This document shows, in pieces, positions 25,966 through 36,600 of a stretch of 64,000 nt of DNA. Below the pieces are notes generated by a model that made no database searches, was not told the DNA's origin, and worked only from the letters and a program-made list of their open reading frames with translations. The stretch lies in the NCBI GenBank assembly GCA_002269645.1, contig NIVC01000903.1, positions 458,459 to 522,458 on the forward strand, written 5' to 3'. Position numbers and translations under genes: made by a program. The DNA is from Macrostomum lignano (Eukaryota). Numbering within the stretch: the stretch's first letter is position 1; every line of letters starts with the position of its first letter.

Positions 25966-26334
25966 TTAATTCTTCTTCGGGATGGCCATCGAAGCGCACA
26001 GGCCAAGCGAGTACAGAAAGCCCACGCCGCTGATGGCCAGCATGGCGTTGGCGGCCAGCCTGTAGCTGGGAAATTTCTGCCACACCAACAGGCCGTCCTG
26101 CCTGGTCATCACGTGCTGCAGGTACAGAATTCGGCGATAGGCCCGGTCATTGGGCACGATGCCCATCGGCATGGACTTCGCCGACAAGCTGGCGCCGCGC
26201 CGGGCAGCCTGCTGTTGGCCAGCGTCCAAATTGTAGAAAGTTGTGCCGGATATGCCGTGCACTATGCGATTCTCGGGTGCGCGAGAGCCGCCTAAGCCGG
26301 CCAGGGTGAGCGGTTTTCCCTCTGCAGTTGGCAT
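25966..26334 (-). CDS. COX7A: Cytochrome c oxidase subunit 7A-family protein, long form (122 aa; COX7A2L/SCAF1-like length)
   Basis: Same C-terminal ~68 aa as the short copy plus an unrelated, longer N-terminus. Confidence 0.75.
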   Translation of the reverse strand: MPTAEGKPLTLAGLGGSRAPENRIVHGISGTTFYNLDAGQQQAARRGASLSAKSMPMGIVPNDRAYRRILYLQHVMTRQDGLLVWQKFPSYRLAANAMLAISGVGFLYSLGLCASMAIPKKN

Positions 26335-27370
26335 CTTTGTATTGGCATGCAGTATTATGGTCGGAGTCCTTGATATCGGGGCTAATATAAAAACGAATGC
26401 CTTAAATGCTGTTAGTTGTGGAGAATTTGTTTTTTAGCTCTAAAATCAAACAGACTTCATTTAAATCAATAAATTTGCTAGTTAGTGGTATATCTAAAGA
26501 TAATTACTTGCATAATTATTTACCATATAGTTGTGTTTATGTAAAACAATCACATATAGAACTAGATCCTAGATAGAGACAATTCATTTTTAATATAGCG
26601 GGTATATAAATTTGAAGCAAAACTTACTATTTTGTCAAAAACCCTAAAATACTACAATAATTAAGATACATTATTTATGAAAAACAAAAAGAATCACAAG
26701 TACAATGTATGTTTATCACTAACAAGGCTTATAAATTGATATGTACTTAATTAACTGCAACTTTAATTATTTGACACTATAGTCTGTACATTCAAGACTA
26801 TACCAAAATACTTGTAGAAGCAATAGGATAAAATTTCAAAAAGCTTGCTTAGCGCAGCATTGTGTACTGTCAGTACAAAGCAGTAAAATATACAGTTAAT
26901 TTAACAAATTTCTTGAGTTTCATAACCATTTGATGCTCTTTCAGGTAAAAAGTATATTTTTTGCAAAAATTTATCAGATTGAGCTACATACTGTATTGCA
27001 TTTGCATACAATTCCTTGCATTGCATGGCCTTGGTGTTGGGCTAAGTTAAGTTGGTTAGAAAGGAAAGGAAAAGAAAAAACAACTGTACATACAATATAC
27101 ACTCCTATCCCTTCCAATTGGGGCTATAGTGCAAGAGCTTAGGCTAGAGTGTCAATATAGCTTCATTTGCTTGCATATAGACAAAGCAAAGATTAGAATT
27201 TCCTATTAAATTTAGCTCTTTAACAGCACAATTGAATTGCAAGCCTAGTATACAAAGCTTGGCTAGTGGTAGATCTAAGTCACTATGTGTACAATCCTCC
27301 TCCCCCTCAGACCAAAAGGTCAGGCAATATGGCTTAGTATACTTATAAAGTAGCATTGTACAGTGTTTTG

Positions 27371-27963
27371 CCCTATAGGAAAAAGTTGTAAAACCGCGGA
27401 CGGTGTCCGGCGCACTTTTGAAATTTTTCTAAAGCGCAGCGCGCGCACAGGCGCATTGCCTGCACGCGCGCTGCCCTTTCTTACTGGCTGCTGCTCTAGC
27501 AAATACATATACATGGAAATGGGTATAATACCTCTGTTGAAGGGGCTTATACACTCGTAATTTATTAAGCTTTGAGATGTTCCGAGAATTCAATTTCAAT
27601 TTTCCAAAATTTGAAATTTTTTAGAGCGAATTTCAATTTAGAAAAAAATTTAGAAGTGAAAATTTTGGTAGTGTCTAAAGAGTCGCTAAAAATAAACTAC
27701 TTTCTACTACATATACATGTATTACTTTTTGCTTAAGCAGTAAATTAAAAGTAAAAAAGTGAGTGTTGATCGAACTAAACTTTGTTTTTCTGAATTATGA
27801 TTTCGGGAAATTTCAATTTTGATTTTGGAAAGTTAGCAAATTTTGATTTCGACGAAACTGCAGATCTTTCGGAACATCTCTAATATTCCTAAAGCGCGGT
27901 AAAATAGTTTGACTCTTTTCTAAAGCGCGCGTCCGCGGGTTTTTAACATTTATTCCAATAGGG
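27371..27963. mobile_element. 593-bp non-autonomous DNA transposon (MITE) with ~33-bp imperfect TIRs and 8-bp TSD gtgttttg
   Basis: Left end ccctataggaaaaagttgtaaaaccgcggacg versus right end cgtccgcgggtttttaacatttattccaataggg; gtgttttg at 27363-27370 and 27964-27971. Confidence 0.8.
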
Positions 27964-30270
27964 GTGTTTTGGAATGACTTTATTAATTATAGCTTTCTTT
28001 GCATCCCAATAGAAAGATTTATGGGTATCTTACAATAGTTAGTTTAGTAACATTCTAATTTTACCATTATCCTACAATCTGATTAAGATATATCCCATAA
28101 ACTAGTTGGCTTTCAAAGCATTGGTTTGAAAGCCTGGTTTTCAAAGCACTTGAGCTGATACTCAAGAGGATCTATGTTGAAACAACCAGCTTTATGAGGC
28201 GGTTATCACCCTGTAACTCACTGAAGACTTTAGACAATTTATTTAGATTAAGGGCTTATTAAAGAATCTAGGCAATGATAGGCTAGACAAGATAGATAAA
28301 ATGAAAGGGAGTAGAGAAGACAAGAGGAAAGAGATAAAAGATAAAACAAGACAAGCAAAAGACTAGAGACTAGAGAAAGATAAGAAAAGAGAGAAACATA
28401 ACAAACAAAGAGAGAAAATAGAAGTAGAGATTTACATTTTTCTTGAGCTTTTTAAAGTTCTTTTTCAGTGGTACAAAACTAGGTCTATCAATTAGTAAGA
28501 CAACCCATGTCTAAAAAGAAGCCTGTTTACTAGTGGCAAAAAGACATGTCTTTATACTACTTGTCAAATTGTTAACTGGGTAATTGTATTACTGCGGGAC
28601 CAGGATCCCAACCCTAAAAAACACGAGAAACGGGAATAGGTCTTTTGATCAAAAGTTTATAGAATTAGTAATTACTTAAATGTATTTTGGTTTTAACTTG
28701 TATTCATTACATTATTACTTTGTTTGGTACAAAACTTTGCATCAATTTTGTTGTGTTTTACTTTTGATCTTGACAGTTTTGCTCAATTTTGTTTAACTTT
28801 ATATGGACCTATAAACTAAATTAATACTAAATTACAACAAAATATAAAATTGTTTAAAAATGATAAATAATCACCTAACTCACCTTAAAAAATCACAAAA
28901 AAATTTTTTTGTAAAAATTTCCATTCTCTATACACATTTGGCACCAAAGACAAAGTAACTATATTTAAAAATGAGATCAATTTGCCAATTGCAAATACTG
29001 ATAGGCCTATCCCTACCAAATAGTCATTTTGTCAACCATTTGAAAAATGCCACACTTAGAGACACGGTGACCATGTTTATAATGTAGAAACTTATAGACA
29101 CAGTGGCCATGTCTAATAATGACTGGGTCTATACTAGCCATTGTGTCTATAAGTATAGACCTAATCACTATTACAGACAGGGTCGCCATGTCAATGAAAC
29201 TTGTATGGCAGCAGTATTGTTAATATTGAATGGGTTCACACTTAGAGACATAGTGGGTGGCTGTGTCTCTAATATTGGAACTTATACTTATATTATAGGC
29301 ATAGCTACCATGCTATATAAATAATCATCAATTAGATGAAAAGATTAATTGATTGAAAAGCTAGAGTTTTTTATTTGAATTTTTTTAAATTAAATCAAAT
29401 TTAATTTTTAAGAGTAGTCTAACACAAAATTGTGACGTTGCTAGTTTAAGTGGTCCCGCAAAAGGGCCATTGGACTATAGTTTCCCTTGCAATTTCTCAT
29501 ATTAATTTCTCCAATAGTTTATTTTAACGTTTACTTATAGTAGCGTGCAAATAATCTGTATCAACTGCTAATTCACTGTGTATTTGATAGACCTTGCGCC
29601 TGTCTGTGAATTTTGGCACAATCGATAATTTCAAGTTCTCTCGCCAGCCAATGAAAACTCTCCGTGTTTTACGCTACCCCCCTTTTGCGCTCTTTATTAA
29701 CCCTTGCCTGGCAGGCTGGGGGTTTCACTCGTCCCTGTTCTTGTGTTCGGTGTTCTCTCTCCTTAGGCTTGTTCTCCGTCCCGTCTGGCTTGCCTAGCCT
29801 TGTCTAGCCTTGTTTTCCTTCTCTCTATCTGGCTGCCTCGAGCCTCCTTATCTCACGCCACGGCTGACGCCAACCTCGCCACTGCTCATCTGCCTGCCTA
29901 CTGCCTCTCACTGCCTTCACTGTGCTCATTGCCATTGCTCATCACGTTACGTCGCCATTGCATCATTCGTCTGCCACTTGACTTCACATTCAATTTATCT
30001 TCAAAAACCATTGTTGCAGCTGCCAGTGAGTGCCCAGAAAGCTATAGTTTGTGTATTGACAGTAATAACCAAGCCTAATATTGATACTACCAATAAAAAC
30101 AACTACGGCAGTTCCTGCCTTTATTGCCAAGTGCTCCGCTACAAAATCCGCTTTACAAGAGTTGACTTCAACTTATTTTGAGACTACGACTCACTACAAC
30201 TCTCGTCAAAACGGCCCTTTTAAGGGTCATAGCCATAGTTAGCTGCTACGCCAATAACGTGACAAAATCA

Positions 30271-30353
30271 TTTTAAAGTGTGGCCATGATAATATATATA
30301 TAGCTATTGAAAAAGAAATATTTTTTTCTATATATATTGACCACACTTTAAAA
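30271..30353. other. Small AT-rich hairpin or mini-MITE
   Basis: ttttaaagtgtggcca...atatata pairs with tatatattgaccacactttaaaa. Confidence 0.55.
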
Positions 30354-30498
30354 TTTAGTATTAGGGGCCTACTCTTATTAAAAAAATTAATTTAGGCCTA
30401 ATTTATTATTTCATTTAAATGAAGAAACTTAAAAAGTTCAAGACACAAAAATTTCTATTTGCTTAAAAAAATTCAAATAAAAAAAAACTCCAACCACT

Positions 30499-30563
30499 TG
30501 GGATTCAAACCTTGCTACATGTAATTACAACTACAAGGCAACTGTCTTATCCACTAAGCCACC
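30499..30563 (-). mobile_element. tRNA-derived SINE head
   Basis: Minus strand ggtggcttagtggataag...aggtttgaatccca contains A-box TGGCTTAGTGG and B-box GGTTTGAATCC. Confidence 0.55.
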
Positions 30564-32989
30564 AATAAATTGTGAGAGAGCCGTATAGAACACACCTTTT
30601 ATATCAATGATTATAGCCATGCCTATAAACTCAAATATTATCTAGACATAGCTGCTGTGCCTATAAGAACTCCATTTGAAAAAAATGCCAGTTAGGCCCC
30701 TACCCTAACAAAGTGACCAACATCTGAAATTTAGAATTTTCAATATTATAGGCCTAATGTATAACTTATAAGCTAGGTCTAAGCATAACAAAAATCCAAA
30801 ATAGGCCTAGGCTTAGCACTTAGGTCAAGCAAAATATTAATGATAATGACACAATGTTAGTCGTTAGAGCTTAGACTCTTAGAGGTAGATGCAATGCATA
30901 TTTATTAAGAAATTTGGCTTCCCAAACAAAGATCTCCACGACCACAGACAAGTCAGGGGCGTTCAAATAGTCCTAGGCCTAATCCACTAAGGATTTCTTA
31001 ATTACTCAATGCTCAACGCATGGGCGTATGGCTTTCAGTTGATTCAGTCTAGGGCCTAGCCTACGGCCTAGCCCTCGTCCAACTTTACAACTTTTTTTCA
31101 TACTGAAGATTTTAAATTGACAACGTTGAATGTCTCCGAATTTATGTTATGCCTTTAGAACCTCGAGCCCAAATATATGCATCGCCTACCCACCCAATCA
31201 CGCAAATGACAATTGTCAATGGTTTTTCTGTTCCATCTTCCATGACTGTACATTTTTTATTTTTTTAAAATTATTAAGACACAAGTAATGCTTTGGAAAT
31301 TGTTTATAGAAAAACAACATTATTTTATATTATGTTGCTTCTAAGTTATAAAATGATATACTTAAAAACGTTAATTACTGTTTGTGGTATTTGTTTTATT
31401 TTAATGCGTTAACGAGAACTAAAAACACCTTTAAATATAACTTTGATAAAAATACAAATACATTTGCATGGCATAACTCCTATTTTCTACTTAATTAGGC
31501 TAGTAGTTTGTCTTTCTCGCTTGAAAACACTTATAGCATAGTGTTTTCGAGTGTCATGGTTTTTATTTCGGTAGATTTTTAATCAGAAAACCTGCATTGC
31601 TGAATGCAGCAATTCAGTAGAAAAGGGTTCTTGTATGGTACATTATAGGGACATAGAAATTTGGTAGCTACAGTAGCTACAGACTACAGATTATTTGAAA
31701 CCTAGATGTATGTATTTGTTCATGGAGAGTAGTTAAGGGTTAGAGAGGTGGTGGATTAAGAGAGAGCAAAGTGGGGCTCTAGCCAGTCTGAAAAATTCAG
31801 ATCGATGTACAAATTGTAATCACACTCAGGTCTGATGAGTCACTTTAACTAAGAGCAGCATTATGGTGCTTTAAAGAATACATCTGAGTATTTCTTAATT
31901 GATTACACATTTATTTATTGCAGCTGCTGCTGTGAGTGTATATGATGTTACTTAATTAAGAAAACAAAGTTTGACATTTTAATTGAAAAAAACACGTTTA
32001 GCTTGCAATAAAATAAAAATAACACACTAAAGTAATAGTTTTACACGTCATACGAACATTAACCGTAGGTCAGCATGAAAGCTATATAGCAAGTGAAGAT
32101 GGGCAAAGAGCTGAGAGCTGAGAAATGGGCAAAGATGATTAAAACAGGAAGGACGAGGCATCTTGTTTATTAGATTATTTTAAGCCTCATTTTTTCCGAA
32201 AAACGACACTATTTGATTAAACGCCCATAAAATGATAGTTTTAAAATGTACATGCTTTATCTTCTCTATCGCTTTATAGATTTTTTTAAGTCAAGCCGTT
32301 AAAACTTTTCCAAGAAATCAAGTGTTTCTATTTTCTCGATTCTATAGTGGAACATGAAAATGGGAAACTGTCAAAGAAGCAGAGTTGAGACTCAAAAAAG
32401 CAAATGAAAATAGCACTCATGTCATACCATAAATAATGAATGCGTGTACAACAAACGAGATGCACGGATGTTTACATGTACATAAAAAACGCAATAGAAA
32501 TTTGAAAACATTTGAAAAATGAAAGAAGAAGCGAGACGGAGCCAATATTAAAGAACTACATGAATGCAAACGCTAAAGCAGGCATCAGGAAGGCCGCAAT
32601 GACCTCTTAGGGTTGGGCAATAGAGTAAATACAATGAAAGATTTATGCTCAAAAGCTCTCTAGCAGGGTGTAAGAGTATACTTACTTCACAGTTAAGCAA
32701 ACGATTAGAAAACCACAGCTAACAAACAATGGCTAAGAGAATTGCTGACAGAGTACAAAAGTACATTTATGATTAAATATAAATATGAACGTGCTAACTC
32801 GATACGTGTGTGACAGAAAGTTGCAGCGATTGCTTTACTGAAAAATTTGTTCTAATTTTTCTTACGCTATAGAATCAGATAAGAGGATCGTATACTGGGT
32901 CCAAAAAATTTGAACGGGAAGAGGGCCACAGGAATTAAAAAACTGAAACATAAGGCTGCTTTGCTTTATCAAAGGACAGGAAGAAGAGT

Positions 32990-33542
32990 TAGCGGCGCTA
33001 CATTGAGAGACCGGAAGTGAACTAAGCGGCGCTAAATTGAAGGAACGGAAGTGAGCTTAGCACCGCTACATTGAGGAACCGGAAGTAAGCTTAGCACCGC
33101 TGCATTGAGAGACCGAAAGTGAATTTAGCGGCGCTAAATTGAGGGACCGGAAGTGAGCTAAACAACGCTACATTGAGGGACCGAAAGTACATTTAGTGGC
33201 GCTACATTGAAGAACCATAAGTGAATTTAGTGGCGTTACATTGAGGGACCAGAAGTAAATTTAGTGGCACTACATTGAGGGACCGGAAGTGAACTAAGCG
33301 ACGCTACATTGAGGGACCGGAAGTGAACTAAGCGACGCTACATTGAGGGACCGAAAGTAAATTTAGTGGCGCTACATTGAGAGACCGAAAGTGAAATTAG
33401 TGGCGCTACATTGAGGGACCGAAAGTGAATACAGCGGCTCTACATTAAAGGACCGGAAGTGAGCTTAGCAGCGCTACATTGAGAGACCGGAAGTGAGCTT
33501 AGCACCGCTACATTAAAAGACCGGAAGTGAACCTGGTGGCGC
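32990..33542. repeat. 34-bp minisatellite (16 units) containing ACCGGAAGTG
   Basis: Unit attgagggaccggaagtgaactaagcggcgctac; 34-bp period checked from the motif at 33011 and 33045 through to 33521. Confidence 0.92.
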
Positions 33543-33685
33543 TCCTCATGAGCAATGATAGCAGCTTTAGCCCGCTTAGCCTAAACTCACACTGGATACG
33601 CCACTAATTCTTCAAAAATGCTACTTTATTCCACATTCTCATTGCATAAAAGTACAATTGGCTGCATCATGGTTCAAGTTATCAA

Positions 33686-36600
33686 TCACTGCGCATCGTG
33701 GGAATAGAGCCTAGACAGAGTCCGCATGATAGATAGCATAGCGCTGCCAGGCACAGTCACTGTGTTCATAGTCTGCGCTAGCATGGCCTGATTTCGCTTA
33801 ACCAAACCGGCCAAATCATTATTAGCCGAAGTTAGCGACTTTTCACCGCCGGCTATTGGCGACCAGAGCTTCACGTCGTAGTCGATGCCGCTGGTTGCCA
33901 GGTAGAGCAGGCTGGGATGCGGCGCCACCCGATTCACCACCCGCTTGTCGGCCAGGCAGGCGTTCAATAGGCGGCCATCGCTGGCGCGCCAGACCAGAAA
34001 GTGTCCGCAATCGCTGCCGGACAGGACATAATTGGAGCCCCAGAATGCCGCCTGTTGGATGCAGGTGCGCGCGTTCCGGTGGCCCTGGAACACCCGGCAC
34101 ACCGGATAGCTTGGATAGTCGGTCGCCGATTCCACTTGCGAGCCGCTGTCGGCCAGGCCGCGGCGATTTGACTGACATGGAGCGGCGCGGGTGGCGGCGG
34201 AGTTAGCAGGGACTGAGGCTACGGAAGCGGCGGAGGCGGCGCCAGCTCCATTGCTGCTTGAATTCGACAGCTCGTGCGGTTCCGACGAAGGCGCCGGCGT
34301 CGGAGGCTCGGAGTGGCGCTGTCGAACTGCGGGCACCTCGTCAGAGGTGTCATCGCTGTCCTCTGGCAGCGGCGGGTTCTGGCCCTCCTGGTCCATCGGC
34401 TGCTCGGACGCTGCAGCGCCGGCCGGATTTCGCTGTCGATTGAGCTGGTAGGCCCGCATCATGAACTGCCCGAGGCGCTCGCTGTAGTCGCCTGAGCCGC
34501 GGGCGACGCCGCCATCGTTGCCGCCACCGTCTCCGCTGCCACTGCCACCACCGCCGCTGCCGCCTCCTTCAGTTGAAGACGACGGCGGCTCGGAGCCCGG
34601 CCCGGTGTCGGACCAGTCGCCGCGGAAGCGAAACACGATTCGACCTGACGAGTCCTCGGCTGGAACGGCGTCGGTTGGCAGCGGGCCGCCGTGCAGCGGA
34701 TCGCAGCCGGCGTTGGGCGCGGCGGTCAGTTGCGACTGAGGCACAGTCTGCTTGATGTCGAACAGGTAGAGACTGCCGCCATTGTAGGAGGCCAGCAGCT
34801 GGGTTGCACTCGGATTAAAGCTTAGGCTGGTAACGCGAACAAGTCGCTTTGAGCTGAGCACTTCAACAGGTTTGGACTGGCTGACCCAGCGACCGTAGCC
34901 GATGCAGCGCCGATCATATTCGCCAATGTAGCCGTCCTTGTCGGCCACGAATAGCCGCTCTCTGGCCAGCGGGTGGACGGCGGCTGCCGTGTAGCCATAG
35001 TAGCTGGGTTGTGAGGTGGGCCGGGGCTGGCGAGCATCGGTCAGAGAGCATCAGTGAGCATCAGTCAGTGAGCATCAGTCAGTAAGCATCAGTCAGTGAG
35101 CATCAGTCAGTGAGCATCAGTGAGCATCAGTCAGTGAGCATCAGTCAGTAAGCATCAGTCAGTAAGCATCAGTCAGTGAGCATCAGTGAGCATCAGTCAG
35201 TGAGCATCAGTCAGTGAGCATCAGTCAGTAAGCATCAGTCAGTGAGCATCAGTCAGTGAGCATCAGTCAGTGAGCATCAGTGAGCATCAGTCAGTGAGCA
35301 TCAGTGAGCATCAGTCAGTGAGCATCAGTCAGTGAGCATCAGTCAGTGAGCATCAGTCAGTGAGCATCAGTCAGTGCGCATCAGTCAGTGAGCATCAGTC
35401 AGTGAGCATCAGTCAGTGAGCATCAGTCAGTGAGCATCAGTCAGTAAGCATCAGTCAGTGAGCATCAGTCAGTGAGCATCAGTCAGTGAGCATCAGTGAG
35501 CATCAGTCAGTGAGCATCAGTGAGCATCAGTCAGTGAGCATCAGTCAGTGAGCATCAGTCAGTGAGCATCAGTGAGCATCAGTCAGTAAGCATCAGTCAG
35601 TGAGCATCAGTGAGCATCAGTCAGTGAGCATCAGTCAGTGAGCATCAGTCAGTGCGCATCAGTCAGTGAGCATCAGTCAGTGAGCATCAGTCAGTGAGCA
35701 TCAGTCAGTGAGCATCAGTGAGCATCAGTCAGTGAGCATCAGTGAGCATCAGTCAGTGCGCATCAGTCAGTGAGCATCAGTTAGTGAGCATCAGTCAGTG
35801 AGCATCAATCAGTGAGCATCAGTGAGCATCAGTGAGCATCAGTGAGCATCAGTCAGTGAGCATCAGTCAGTGAGCATCAGTCAGTGAGCATCAGTGAGCA
35901 TCAGTCAGTAAGCATCAGTCAGTGAGCATCAGTGAGCATCAGTCAGTGAGCATCAGTCAGTGAGCATCAGTCAGTGAGCATCAGTCAGTGAGCATCAGTC
36001 AGTGAGCATCAGTCAGTGAGCATCAGTCAGTGAGCATCAGTCAGTGAGCATCAGTCAGTGAGCATCAGTCAGTGAGCATCAGTCAGTGAGCATCAGTCAG
36101 TGAGCATCAGTCAGTGAGCATCAGTCAGTGAGCATCAGTCAGTGAGCATCAGTCAGTGAGCATCAGTCAGTGAGCATCAGTCAGTGAGCATCAGTCAGTG
36201 AGCATCAGTCAGTGAGCATCAGTCAGTGAGCATCAGTCAGTGAGCATCAGTCAGTGAGCATCAGTGAGCATCAGTCAGTGAGCATCAGTGAGCATCAGTC
36301 AGTGCGCATCAGTCAGTGAGCATCAGTTAGTGAGCATCAGTCAGTGAGCATCAATCAGTGAGCATCAGTGAGCATCAGTGAGCATCAGTGAGCATCAGTC
36401 AGTGAGCATCAGTCAGTGAGCATCAGTCAGTGAGCATCAGTCAGTGAGCATCAGTCAGTGAGCATCAGTCAGTGAGCATCAGTCAGTGAGCATCAGTGAG
36501 CATCAGTCAGTGAGCATCAGTCAGAGAGCATCAGTCAGTGAGCATCAGTGAGCATCAGTCAGTGAGCATCAGTCAGTGAGCATCAGTCAGTGCGCATCAG

